Positions 40,350-53,135 of a DNA stretch of 64,000 bases are shown here, piece by piece; the stretch's first letter is position 1, and the number at the start of each line of letters is the position of its first letter. The notes beneath the pieces are model-generated. The model had not been told where the DNA came from. It ran no database searches and was given only the letters and a program-made list of their open reading frames with translations. The translations under genes were made by a program, and so were the position numbers. Source of the DNA: Eledone cirrhosa (lineage: Eukaryota); NCBI GenBank assembly GCA_964016885.1, contig OZ024757.1, positions 23,870,001 to 23,934,000 of the forward strand. Direction: 5' to 3'.

Positions 40350-41225
40350 AATGGTAACCATACCGGGTGAAATGAGGGACCAGAGAAAGTGCCTGGGTTT
40401 CAAAGTCCGCATCTTTGCTGCAAAGGCAGCGGATCCGGAGAATTTGGTGTGAGTGGGGTGGAAGGAGGTAGTTTTGAAGAAAGTGGAGGTGATGAGTGTG
40501 TGGTGGGAGGGGGGTCGATGGTGATTGTGATGTCCAAGAAGTGGACGGTGGTGGTAAGATGGAGCGAAGGGTGGAAGGACCAGAGGAAAGAGAGAAAGGA
40601 GTTGAGCTGTTCCTGGGTGTGAGTCATGGCACCGATACAGTCGCCAATATAACGACCGTAGAGTTCGGGGCTTAGGCCAGTGTATTCGGCAAAGATCTGG
40701 GCCTCAACATGGTCAACAAAAAGGTTGGTGTAGTTGGGGCCCATTCTTGTGCTCATGATTACCCCAGGGACTTGCTAGTAACATTCACCCGAGAAGGAGA
40801 AACAGTTAAGAGTGAGGACCAGCTAGGCGAGGCGGAGGTTGGTCGAGGTAGTACTGGAGAGCGCTTAGGCCATTGGTGTGGGGGATGACGGTGTAAAGGG
40901 ATTTTATATCAAAGGTGAAGAGGAGGGCTGGTTAGAAAGGGGAAGGGGGTCGAAAAGGGCGGAGAGAGTGTGGTTGGTGCCGGAAATGTGACAGGCAGGG
41001 GCGGGGATGAGGATGGAATTGGGGAAGGCAGAAGTTTGTTCGGTAGGGCGGAGATGATGGGGTCAGCCGGGGGTGTCGGGTTTGTGGAATTTTGGGGAGG
41101 AAGTAGATGGTTGGGTTGCGGTGGGTGTGTGCGAACGATGAGGTTGTAGGCGCGGTGGGAGCTAGAAGGGAGGAGGTGTTGGATGGTGCAGTGGGTAGCA
41201 GCGCGGGGTGGGGGTCAGAAGGTAG
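40350..41225 (-). mobile_element. Penelope-like element reverse transcriptase remnant
   Basis: Minus strand, frameshifted: IYFLPKIHKPDTP..PIISA, FTFDIKSLYTVIPH, MSTRMGPNYTNLFV, YGRYIGDC (RYIDD motif), HFLDITI. Confidence 0.88.
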
Positions 41226-41369
41226 GGAAATATTTAACTTGTTTAAATGCCTTCATAAATAGAGATACCTCTTTCAAAGATTTAACAATGTTACGATAAC
41301 ACTGTAGTAAATTAGTATTAAAATATTTACACCAATTTTTCTTTTCCTGAACTGTGTATACATATTATT

Positions 41370-41549
41370 GGTGGCAGTATCGGTAGAGGGTCGGACGCCA
41401 TGCTTTCCAGCATAGTTACGTCCCTTTACGATCTGAGTTCAAATCCCGCCGAGGTTGACTTTGCCTTTCATCCTTACGGGGTCGATAAAATAAAGTACCA
41501 GTAATGCACTGGGTAATTGCTGGCCTTGTGCCTAAAGTAGAAACAATTA
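41370..41549 (+). mobile_element. SINE family A
   Basis: Matches other copies. Confidence 0.9.
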
Positions 41550-41780
41550 TTGGTAGACTATATATTCCTGGATACACTGTGTCTAAATAAAAGACAGGCT
41601 GGTTATTTTTGGAACACTTTTGTCATTAGGTGTGCTGGATGAATGCTGACCTGCATCTAAACTACAGTATAAAATAGACACATTTTATAATGTACTCCAA
41701 AATAGTCTATGACTATGTTTTAATAAAAGGAGAAGATGGTCAGATATAAACAGTTGTTTGCTTTTGTCTTCTCTTCACAG

Positions 41781-41833
41781 GTTACCCTAATGTGGGAAAA
41801 TCTTCTTTGATGAATGGATTGGTTGGCAAAAAG
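41781..41833 (+). CDS. GNL1: GNL1 exon with P-loop (GYPNVGKSSLMNGLVGKK)
   Basis: ttcacag| ... |gtaggt; G1 motif of circularly permuted YlqF/YawG GTPases. Confidence 0.96.
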
Positions 41834-41917
41834 GTAGGTGTCTTTCAATATTTTATTTTTGGTGAGGGTGTGTATATATATATATATATACATTTTATAT
41901 ATATATATATATATATA

Positions 41918-42303
41918 TCATTTCATTTCATTTTACGTCCACTTTTCCCTGCTTGCAAGGGTGGGACGGGAACTGATTCTGGCTTGATTTCTACAGCTGG
42001 ATGCCCTTCCTAACACCAACCTAATTTACAGTGAGTGCTGGGTGCTTTTTTTCCGTGGCGCCTACACGTCCACTTTACAGAGTGGGCTGGGTGCTTTTTT
42101 GCCGTGGCACCTCCACGACCACTTTGCAGTGGAATGATAGGGACCCCAGTCCCTATCAGCTCATTTCTACAGCTGAGTAAACTGGAGCAATGTGAAATAA
42201 AGTGTCTTGCTCAAGGAAACAACACATCACCCGGTCTGAGAATTGAACTCCCAACCTTTCGATTGCAAGACCAATGCTCTAACCACTAAGCCATGTACCT
42301 CCA
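41918..42303 (-). mobile_element. SINE family B (two 48-bp modules)
   Basis: Matches other copies. Confidence 0.9.
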
Positions 42304-42851
42304 CATACATAGATATATATATATCATATATACATCTCTATATAGCCTGTATATAAATTAATCTAATATATATATATATATAAAAAAAAATATATATATA
42401 TTAGATAAATTTATATGCAGGCTATATAGAGATGTATATATGATGATATAAATATATATTAGATAAATTTATACGCAGGCTATATATAAATACTGTTTTG
42501 TTACGTTGTTCACCAATGTGTAGAACTGGTCATTCTTGTTAGTAAATGATGATGCCACGTTATGCAAATCATCCATCGTGGATGTGGTATCGCGTGGCTG
42601 TTGCAGGTACGGTATTAATTATTCATTTAAAAACAACAGAAAGTTGGGCTGGAAACATTCTTTAAAGTTTTAATTTTGTGAAAATACGTATTTCAATGAC
42701 CCAGTTTCATCATCTGGTCATGATGCAAGACTGAGGCGATTTCATCAGGTGTTGACTGTAGATGAATCCTCGATGTATATTGAGAGGTGACCACAGTCAA
42801 AAAAGGTACTCAATACATTAGTAGAATATAGACATATTTTATTATAGAAAT

Positions 42852-42903
42852 GACTTCTACAGGACTAGAACTGTTTCATTTATAAGAAATCATCAGGAAA
42901 GTC
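42852..42903 (-). ncRNA. Type I hammerhead motif with a partial fold-back copy (to about 42950)
   Basis: gactttc CTGATGA tttcttataaat GAAA CAG ttctagtc CTG TA^gaagtc; same family as 63248-63300. Confidence 0.65.
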
Positions 42904-42945
42904 TTTCATACAAATGAAATAGTTCTAGACCTGTAGAAGCCTTTC

Positions 42946-43007
<62 letters not shown>

Positions 43008-43115
43008 AATAAAGATTCAGCGAGAATCACATTTCGGCGGGCAGGAAAAGCGAAGCGAAACGCAAAAATCAGAAATGATACTGGCAAAGTGCTCAATAGT
43101 TAAAAACCAGAGCTA

Positions 43116-43157
<42 letters not shown>

Positions 43158-43459
43158 ATATATATATATATATATATATAGTCATATATATATATATATG
43201 CTTATATATATATAATCATATATATATATATATACTCATATATATATATGCTCATATATATATATATATATACTCATATATATATATATATACACATATA
43301 TATATATACACATATACATATATACACATATACATATATTCACATATACATATATATGTCTGTGTGTGTAAAAGGTAAACAGAACAAAATTATCAAAACA
43401 AATACCACAGTACATGGAAAGAATATATTAGTTTAATGCTTGAAATAGAAGGAAGAGAG

Positions 43460-43496
43460 TTTTAACGTTTCGGACGCTAGTCCTTCATCAGAAGAA
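43460..43496 (-). ncRNA. Minimal hammerhead-like core
   Basis: CTGATGA A GGAC tagc GTCC GAAACGTT; weak stem I. Confidence 0.55.
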
Positions 43497-43757
43497 AGAA
43501 TGAGAAATTAGAAAGATTGAAGGAACAAGCAGGGCAGAAACGGCAGAAAATGTTTTTAGAGAAAAATAACAGGTCCATTCATGTTGCCATCTCTTGGAAA
43601 ACTGTTGATGCTGGCGTTTTGTGTAGGATATACTCTTTTAGAAAATTGGATAATGGAGCGTGTCTATCTGAAAGGGTGGGAAAACCGTTTTGTATATAGA
43701 GCTATACGTATGCACATGCTATACATGTGTGTGTTATATGTCTGTATTTAACTCTTG

Positions 43758-43812
43758 TAATAACTCTGAAGAATCCTGCCTTGTAATAAGGTGAAACAGT
43801 CGTTAGTTATTA
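43758..43812 (+). ncRNA. Type I hammerhead motif with a 5-nt insert before stem II
   Basis: taataact CTGAAGA atcct gcctt gtaat aaggt GAAAC agtc GTT^agttatta; perfect 8-bp stem I. Confidence 0.7.
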
Positions 43813-43936
43813 AATGTTTGAAAGATTACTCTTTATTATTTCCATTGTATTGGGTCGTCAAGTATAAAATTTCTAGAAATTTGTTTTTTTTTATACAAAT
43901 TTCATACTTGACGACCCAATATATATACATATATAT

Positions 43937-43997
<61 letters not shown>

Positions 43998-44076
43998 TCT
44001 ATGACACTAACAACAATTATGTGTCCTAAATGTTCTGAATGACTAGGGTTTTAGTCACACGTTTCGACATTCCCTA

Positions 44077-44123
44077 TGCTCTGATGATTCCAGACTTCCC
44101 TCTGGAAGAAACAATTGTCAGCA
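44077..44123 (+). ncRNA. Type I minimal hammerhead ribozyme, complete core
   Basis: tgct CTGATGA TTCCAGA cttccc TCTGGAA GAAAC aatt GTC^agca then AATAAA; palindromic loop 3. Confidence 0.88.
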
Positions 44124-44485
44124 AATAAATGTTCTAAACTAAAATTTTATCGTTTTAACACTTTGTATCTCGGCTCTGTAAAACACTTGATAATTTGCAT
44201 TGAGCCTTTTGTCATACCGGTAACCGGCTAGTACTTAGTACTACCCTCCATATTTATAGTTGTATTAAACATATAAATATTCTTATTACTATATATATAT
44301 ATAACAAAGGAGTTGTGGTAAGGAACCAGATGGACTATAACACACCAGAGTACTGAATACTTAGAGTAGTAGAGTGGGTTATAGGAGAAAGTATGACCCC
44401 GACGGCAGAGCTCAAGCTGTTTCGATGGCTATTTCTGGATAGCCGTCGAAACGGCTTGAGCTCTGCCATCGGGGTCATACTTTTT

Positions 44486-44526
<41 letters not shown>

Positions 44527-44793
44527 AAATGTGTCAGGTCCTTGGTACAGTTAGGTATATTTGAAAAAAAGGAAAAGAATGACTTGTAGTTCTAAATAAT
44601 TTGATTTAATTTCATATTATTATTATAATATTATAATATTATAAAATTAAATCAAATTATTTAGAACTACAAGTCATTCTTTTCCTTTTTGTCAAATAAA
44701 TATATATAAACACACACACACATTTACATATATCAATCTTGTTTATCTCTCAATCACCCCACCCCCTCATTTATTTACTTTCTCCCTCTCATT

Positions 44794-44844
<51 letters not shown>

Positions 44845-44881
44845 TCTTTCTTATTGTAACCTGTTTACTCTTCTCTTTCAG

Positions 44882-45007
44882 GTAGTAAGTGTATCTAGGA
44901 CTCCAGGACACACTAAACATTTCCAGACCATATTTCTCACATCTACTGTAAGATTGTGTGACTGCCCTGGCCTGGTGTTTCCATCAAGAGTACCAAAACA
45001 ACTACAG
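44882..45007 (+). CDS. GNL1: GNL1 exon (VVSVSRTPGHTKHFQT...CDCPGLVFPS...LQ)
   Basis: ctttcag| ... |gtaaca; 126 nt; G2 (TPGHT) and G3 (DCPG) motifs. Confidence 0.97.
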
Positions 45008-45010
45008 GTA

Positions 45011-45043
<33 letters not shown>

Positions 45044-45196
45044 CACACACATATATACACACATACACATACTTACAAGCACATACGCACACTCACACAC
45101 ACATACACACGCACGCACGCATGCACGCTCACACACATATATATACACACATACACATACTTACAAGCACATACGCACACTCACACACACATACAA

Positions 45197-45236
<40 letters not shown>

Positions 45237-45352
45237 TACAGTTCTATACAAGCAAGACATGCTGACCTGTCCTGTCATTGCTCAAAACAAGCTAACTCAT
45301 CTAACCCATGCTAGCGCGGAAAAATGGACGTTAAACAGTGATGATGATGACA

Positions 45353-45388
<36 letters not shown>

Positions 45389-45443
45389 CACACACACATA
45401 TATATATATATATATATGCCTACATACATATATTCATACATAC

Positions 45444-45976
45444 ATCATCATCATCATTTTACGTCCGCTTTTCTCTGCTTGCAAGGGTGGGACGGGAACT
45501 GATTCTGGCTTGATTTCTACAGCTGGATGCCCTTCCTAACACCAATCTCATTTACAGTGAGTGCTGGGTGCTTTTTTGCTGTGGCACCTCCACGACCACT
45601 TTACAGTGTGGGCTGGGTGCTTTTTTGCTGTGGCACCTCCACGACCACTTTATAGTGAGTGCTGGGTGCTTTTTTGCTGTGGCACCTCCACGACCACTTT
45701 ATAGTGACTGCTGGGTGCTTTTTTGCTGTGGCACCTCCACGACCACTTTATAGTGAGTGCTGGGTGCTATTTTGCTGTGTCACCTCCACGACCACTTTAC
45801 AGTGGAATGATATGGACCCCAGTCCCTATCATCTCATTTCTACAGCTAAGTAAACTGGAGCAATGTGAAATAAAGTGTCTTGCTCAAGGAAACAACTCAT
45901 CACCCGGTCTGAGAATTGAACTCACAACCTTTCGATCGCAAGGCCAATGCTCTAACTACTAAGCCATGTGCCTCCA
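45444..45976 (-). mobile_element. SINE family B with about 5 tandem 48-bp modules
   Basis: gtgctgggtgcttttttgctgtggcacctccacgaccacttta repeated. Confidence 0.9.
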
Positions 45977-46033
45977 TGTGTGTATGTATTCATCTTTTTA
46001 TCACCACTTGACAATGTGGCTGTGAATGCCTAT

Positions 46034-46067
<34 letters not shown>

Positions 46068-46840
46068 GGTGGTTTGTTTCTGTAATACATTGGCAGGAGG
46101 TGGTGTTGAGGTGTCGGCAAAAGGTGGGTCTTTTGGTGGGTGACATAAGAGATAATTGGGATGGCAGGTAAGTTGGTGGTTTGTCAGGAGGAAATACAGC
46201 ATCCCTGATACTTTTCAGGGCCTCTGAGGCTGATGAGAGAGAGGAAAAGAGGAAGCTAACCTTGAACTGAAAGCCTGGTTCAAATGCTTGTAACAGAATG
46301 GATTTTGCTTAAGATTGCCAATGGTCAGCTGGTTGTGTGGTGAAAGAGAGGGATGGAGGAAGCTAGCTTTAAATTAAAACCTAGTCTTAACACTTGCAAA
46401 ACAGTGAACTCCACTTAATGCTTCCAAGATTCAGATGGTTGTATGGTAGGAGAGAGGAAGGGAGGAAGCTAGCTTTAAATTGAAAACCTGGTGTGAATGC
46501 TTGCAACAGAATAAACTCTGCTTAAGGCTTCCAAAGGTCAGATTGTGTTAGAATGGGTGATGGATTAAGTCAACCAGCCAAGCAGGTCACAGTGACATTT
46601 GAAATCAGAATTCAATGAACCAGAACTAATGGGCAGTATATACTCTAATAATTCTGCCAGTCCATCACCTAAGCCTTGTACTTTATCTATCGACCTATGG
46701 AAAGATGAAAGGCAAAGTTAACTTCAAAAGGATTTGTGTGTAAGTTTCGTCAATAAAAACTTTTCTTATATGTGTGTACACATTTGGTAATTCATTGTTA
46801 CATCTTAAAATATTTATAATGTTGTGTTTTGTCTTTACAG

Positions 46841-47006
46841 ATCCTATGTGGTATTTACCCAATAGCTCAAGTAAGGGAGCCATACAGTCCTTTAATGTAC
46901 CTTGCTCAACGTGTTAACCTCATCAAACTTCTCAAATTGCAGCACCCTAATTCTGAAAGTAGCTGCCCTGAATCTCAAAACTGGTCCGCTTTTAACATAT
47001 GTGAAG
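46841..47006 (+). CDS. GNL1: GNL1 exon (ILCGIYPIAQVREPY...WSAFNICE)
   Basis: tttacag| ... |gtcagt; matches human VLAGIYPIAQIQEPY...WCAWDICE. Confidence 0.96.
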
Positions 47007-48035
47007 GTCAGTTGAGTCTTTCTCCTCTACAATAAAAAATATATTGCATCAAGAAAGACACACTCTTCATTTTACAAGGGGTGGGAGGAGTTTTTAGCCC
47101 TGTCGAAGACATGACCTCCCATGATCTAAATGAGAAATACATCCAGTACACTCTGTATAATGGATGGTGATAGGTAGGGCATTCAGTAGTAGAAAGCTTA
47201 CCAAACAAAGGGTTGGAAGGAGCCTTCGGCTGAGTCAAATACATGACAAACCTTCCTAGTGCTGTTGATCTACATGATAAACACACCTAGTACACTCTTT
47301 ATAGTGGTCGGTAATAGGAAGGGTATCCAGCTGTAGAAATTAAAAAAACAATGGGTTGGAAGGACTCTTCATTTGTGTCAAAGACACGACAATCTCCCTA
47401 GTGCTGGTGCCATCATAAAATAATTAAGCTTTCCCTCTTCCATTACAAAACACTCTATCTGACGTTCTAATATTGGATAGAGCTCTTTGTGGTAGTCGTT
47501 TTCGCTCTCTGCATTCTCAGTTCAAATCCTGCCAAAGTCAACTTTGCCTTTCATCCATTCAAGGTCAATAAAAAAGTACCAGTCAAGTACTGGGGTTTAT
47601 TCTTCCTATATATATCATTCTCACTTTCTCTCCATCTTTTGAGATTGATAAAAAAAGTACCAGTGTAGTACTGGGGTCGATTCTTCCTCTATATCTCTTT
47701 CTCACTTCCTTTTTCTCACTCTCTATCCTTTTCTGGAGGAAATCTGCTGTATTCAGACCTGGCACCACCAGGTTTTAAAATGCCCTAAGAAATGCTGTAT
47801 GTCAGTATGGCATCCCTATGACTCCCTCGGGAGTTATGGGTCCATATCTACCTTCCATTACTGTACTAAGAGACACCCATGGACTTGTTTATTAGACCTC
47901 ATCAGTATAGTGTAGTCAAAGTTTGCTTATCTGTGGATAGATTTTGACATAAAGAAAAAAGTGTTATAAGTTAGGCCAAGAATAATTTGCATAATTAAAA
48001 ATATTTCTTCTTTTCTTATAAATATTTCCATACAG

Positions 48036-48176
48036 CTTTGGCCCTGAAACGAGGCTTCATAACAGCTCGCACTGGTCGCTGTGATGTGTACCGGGCTGCA
48101 AACTATTTACTACGCACAGCTGTTGAAGGACGGCTCTGCTTGTGTTTTCGACCTCCAGGTTACACGGAAAATAAAG
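48036..48176 (+). CDS. GNL1: GNL1 exon (ALALKRGFITARTGRCDVYRAANYLLR...PPGYTENK)
   Basis: atacag| ... |gtaagc; matches human KRGYKTAKAARNDVYRAANSLLR...PPGY. Confidence 0.96.
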
Positions 48177-48524
48177 GTAAGCAATCTCTGTTGTCATTTA
48201 AGCATTTTACTCAATTATGGTTTTTAGTTGTGATGTAAGGATTAGTTAGTCGTTCTACAATTTAGTGAAGAAGATATTTCACCAGGCAATTTAGCTGCAG
48301 GCCAAGGAAAGTTGAAGGCCTTACTCATTTCAAACAACAAGAATCCTGTTATTTATAGTCCATCTAATCCAATCCAATCCAATCCAATCCCTTCTCACTC
48401 CTGTTAGAGGAGCCCTACCCTGGTTACCTCCACTGCTTTCTATTTGATTTTGGTAATGTCAGAGGTGTAGCTGTACTCACCATGTTTGGCCAATTGTAGG
48501 TTGCTGAGGCGATTTGACCCATAT

Positions 48525-48980
48525 TTATATATATAAGAATGTAGGCTTCACATGTAGCAGCTGTGTTGGGACAGCAAGCAGCAAACAGCCACAGCAAACG
48601 AGTACCTCCAAACTCTGGGAGGGCTCTGTAGAAACAGTAGACAGCTTCTGCTACCTAGGTGACCGAATTAGCAGCGGAGGTGGGTGTTCGGAAAGTACAA
48701 TAACTAGGGTAAGAACGGGATGGAAGAAGTTCAGGGAGCTACTGCCACTGCTAGCTGCAAAAGGCTTTTCCCTCAAAATGAAAGGCAGACTGTATGATGC
48801 GTGTATACGAACAGCAATGTTACATGGTAGTGAGACCTGGGCGCTGTCTGTGGAAGACTAGCATAGATTAGAAAGAAACGAAGCCTGCATGCTCCGATGG
48901 ATGTGTAATAGTACTATACGTAAACGGCAAAGCATAAGCGAATTGAGAGAGGGAGACTGAGCATAAGAGGAATCAAATGC
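48525..48980 (+). mobile_element. RTE LINE internal fragment
   Basis: ETVDSFCYLGD...GWKKFRELLPLL...HGSETW with an in-frame stop at 48859. Confidence 0.88.
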
Positions 48981-49100
48981 CCAAAGGGTGGGTGGTTTTT
49001 CTGCTAGTTAATGTTAATGATAAAGAATATATAATATATATATATATTTTTTGATGATTTAGTGTTAAATAATAAAAACTAATGATAAAATAAAAATACA

Positions 49101-49294
49101 CTGTACATACTCGAATATAAGCTGAGAAATATGTGACTGAAAAATCAATGACTTGTATTCAGGGTCAATATTTTGACGATTTTCACCAATTTCAAATTCT
49201 ATGTAAATAAGGTTTAGATTTTTACCCATTTCTCAGACATAAAATAATAGGGTCAGCTTATGTTAGCATCGGCTTATATTTGAGTAAATACGGT
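49101..49294. mobile_element. Tc1/mariner-superfamily MITE
   Basis: ctgtacatactcgaatataagc ... gcttatatttgagtaaatacgg inverted termini. Confidence 0.65.
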
Positions 49295-49430
49295 ACTTTC
49301 AAAAATGAAGTCACCGAGCATGTGTGGTCTTAAATTATTGATTATTTAACTTATAGGTAAGTGTAACTAAATAATGCTTCGAAACTTAATGATTTTTTTT
49401 TTTTTTTTTTTGTTTTGGTATGAATGACAG

Positions 49431-49705
49431 ATTTCTGGAAAGATCATGCTGAAACAGAGGCTCTAAAGGTGATGCAAAGTCAACATCAACAGCGAAGAAG
49501 ATCATCTTCGGATTCTTCCGTTGTGTCAAATGTTAGCAGTGACAATCTTAGTTCTGAGGTGGAAGAGGTAGGTGCGAAACTAGGGGACAAACAAGACAGC
49601 AGCCAAATGTCAAAGATTAGGGGTTTCGCTGCTAAACAGGAAATCGCTGGGGACGAGATAAGCCTTATTTCAAAGAACCCATTTTTAAATCTAGATTCTG
49701 ACTAG
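49431..49705 (+). CDS. GNL1: GNL1 last coding exon (DFWKDHAET...KNPFLNLDSD*)
   Basis: Poly-T tract and gacag| acceptor, phase compatible; WxxHxET start and NPF end resemble human WESHPET...RNPYALL. Confidence 0.9.
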
Positions 49706-49754
49706 TTTTTTTTTAATAATTCTATTTCTTGTTACGATGCCAAAGAGAAGTTTG

Positions 49755-49790
49755 AATAAACTTCAAATATATAAAAACAACAATAATAAA
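49755..49790 (+). promoter_or_regulatory. Candidate polyadenylation signals for GNL1
   Basis: AATAAA at 49755 and 49785, followed by a GT-rich tract. Confidence 0.5.
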
Positions 49791-49814
49791 AAAGACAGAC
49801 AAGGATATGTTTGC

Positions 49815-50530
49815 ATGCATGTGTGTGTGTATGTGTAAAGGTGCATGCATGAGTGTGTGTATATGTGCATATGTAAGGGTGCATGCATGAGTGTGTGTAT
49901 ATGTGCATATGTAAGGGTGCATGCATGAGTGTATATATGTGCCTGAGTGCATATGTAAGGGTGCATGCATGAGTGTGTATATGTGCATGTGTATATGTGC
50001 ATACGTAAGGGTGCATGCATGGGTGTGTATATGTGCATGTGTATATGTGCATGTGTAAGGGTGCATGCATGAGTGTATATGTGCATGAGTGCATGTACAT
50101 ATGTAAGGGTGCATGCATGAGTGTGTATATTTGTATGTGTAAGGGTGCATGCATGATTCTGTGTGTGTATATGTGCATGTGTGTGGGTGTGTGCAACCAT
50201 GTGTATGTGTGTACATGTGCATATGTTTGTGTGTATGTCTGAATGTGTGCGTATATGTGCATGCAGGTGTGTGCATATGTGTGTGGTGTGTATATGTTCA
50301 TGTGGGCGTGTGCAAGCATGAGTGTATATGTATGTATGTATGAGTCTGTTTGTATATATGTATATGTATGAGTGTGTTTGTATATGAGTATATGTATCAG
50401 TGCATGCATGAGAGTGTGTATGTGTGCATGCATACGTGTGTGTGTATCAGTGCATGCATGAGAATGTGTGTGTTTATGTGTGCATGCATACGTGTGTATA
50501 TGTGTGTATGTATGTTTGCGTGTGTTTGCT
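49815..50530. repeat. TG-rich minisatellite (gtaagggtgcatgcatgagtgtgtatatgtgcatat)
   Basis: Directly visible. Confidence 0.85.
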
Positions 50531-51035
50531 TGTGAGATATATATATACCTTTATACAGTTCCATACATACATTTTCGATGATGTTACCCAAGATATAACT
50601 GGTATATCTGTATTAGTAATTCATCAATAGATTGATACAAATATAACTCAGGAATCAATCGGTAACATCAATCTGATCGTATGGAACTTTTTATCAATAA
50701 AGATATGGATATCTATATTCCACTGGGAATTATTGATTCTACTCTATGAAGCCACAGATCTTGTTCTTTGAACCAATCTTACCAAATGTGTGTGTATATA
50801 TATATATTATATATATATATATACACACATATATTCATTTATTATGGCTAAATAGTGGGTCTTAGTTTGGAGCTTCACCTGTTGTCATCAGACAAGAACA
50901 AAGAGCAAACAGGTTAAACACCAGATTAACAAGACTGACTATTTAGCCTTAATAAATAAATATTTTAACTCTACTTCAGTATTAAATACTCTTTTCTCTT
51001 GTCCATCAACTATATACGGATACACACACACATAC

Positions 51036-51080
<45 letters not shown>

Positions 51081-51146
51081 GGTGTTTAAACTCTACTAAT
51101 GTACTGAGTACCTTACTAAGTTTTTTACCCCCGATTGAGCCTGGGA

Positions 51147-51242
<96 letters not shown>

Positions 51243-51362
51243 CACACACATTCACATCCATACACACTCACATATGTGTATATACAGATATAATTCTTTT
51301 ATTTCTTTCGAGAAGGATTTTTTCCCAAATCTATTTAATATTACTGCTATATATATATGTCC

Positions 51363-51438
<76 letters not shown>

Positions 51439-51877
51439 ATGTTTGTTTTATCTATTGCAGATTACTTTTTTATATTTTGGAATTTCAATCCTACAAAATT
51501 TCTATGAAACTTTCTTGGCATTAAAAATACAAAATGAACCTTAGGTAAACCTTCAGAAAACTACATACACATGCATGTGTATATATGTGTGTGTCTATAT
51601 ATATACATATATATATATATATATGTATGTATATATGTATGTGCATATATATATATATATTTGTGTACATGTGTGTGTAGTTAATACGAAACATTGTAAG
51701 ATATGTAATTAAAAACTGATAATTTTCAAAAAGCCAGTACAGTGCTGTAGAAAAATGTAAAGGGCAAATGATGACAAATGAAACAAAACAAACTAATGAG
51801 TTATTTGTCATCATTTGTCCTTTGTCCATACAGCACTGTAACGCCTTTTTGAAATTGATCAGTTTTTTTATTACATT

Positions 51878-51909
<32 letters not shown>

Positions 51910-51991
51910 GTGTGAGTATATATATATATGAGTATATATATATATATATTTAAATAAAGAGAAGAGTGACTTCACTGGTGGTTAATATTCT

Positions 51992-52454
51992 TTAACCCTT
52001 TATCATTTATATTACTCTATATTTACTATTATATTTTCACGGTAATGTCTTTACCTCACATAATTATCTCACATAATATTGAATCTATATGGATTTTGAT
52101 ATTATTTATTTTGAGAACAACACCTTAACATCAGTATGAGTGGCTGGTTACAGCCAGTTTGATCAGAGAAAGGTGAGAGAATTCTGGCCGGAAGCACATG
52201 GCTTAGTGGTTAGAGCATTGGCCTTGCAATCGAAAGGTTGTGAGTTCAATTCTCAGACCGGGTGATGAGTTGTTTCCTTGAGCAAGACACTTTATTTCAC
52301 ATTGCCTCAGTTTACTCAGCTGTAGAAATGAGATGATAGGGACTGGGCATCCAGCTGTAGAAATCAAGCCAGAATCAGTTCCCGTCCCACCCTTGCAAGC
52401 AGGGAAAACGGACGTAAAATGATGATACAGCTGATTTAAATGCTAAAGTGTTAA
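51992..52454. mobile_element. piggyBac-like MITE interrupted by SINE B (52190-52427, +)
   Basis: TTAA-CCCTTTA...TAAAGTG-TTAA termini; reverse orientation of the 8406 copy. Confidence 0.8.
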
Positions 52455-52898
52455 TAATTCAAAGCTTTACACAGAGTCATTAAAGCTTTGAATTATTATA
52501 TAACACCAACCACCAATGATGTCATTCCTGTCTTTTTCAATACTTACTGTACCAAGGAATTTCCTTCATTTTCCACCATATATATCCAATCAGGGCTTTC
52601 TCATTTCTGTTGAGGAACCCCTCTCTGGTTGACCATCAATGCTTTGTTTGGTTTTGGTCATGTCAGGGTTGTAGCTGTACTCACTAATCTTGACCAATTG
52701 CAGGTTGGAGAGGCTATTCAACCTTTAATGGCAGTTAACTCTGAGGAGTTCATCTGCCCTATTAACAGTTCTTGTTTGTGTTTTTCTGCTGCTGGGGTTC
52801 CACTTACCCTCTTCACAAGACCAGGGTGTGGTGGGGCAGCTGGTTTATTTGCTGACCACTCAATCATAAAGCAGGTTCTACTGGGTTACATGGTACAA

Positions 52899-52957
<59 letters not shown>

Positions 52958-52965
52958 AACACACA

Positions 52966-53135
52966 CAGTGAAATTCCGTTATAAATTCATTGGGTATAAA
53001 AAAAAATTTGTTGTAGTGAAAAATTCTTTATAACAAAATATCGACCAAAACAAATCAAGCGTTTGTTTGTTATTAACTCGGGGATTGAAAAAATTTCGTT
53101 ATACTGAAAAATTCATTATAACGGAATTTTACCTG
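52966..53135. mobile_element. Tigger/pogo-like MITE
   Basis: CAGTGAAATTCCGTTATAA ... TTATAACGGAATTTTACCTG|TA. Confidence 0.8.

Noticed and set aside
52191-52262. tRNA-like sequences (also the heads of SINE A and other SINE B copies)
   Set aside because: Only A/B boxes are retained and they continue into SINE bodies; not tRNA genes
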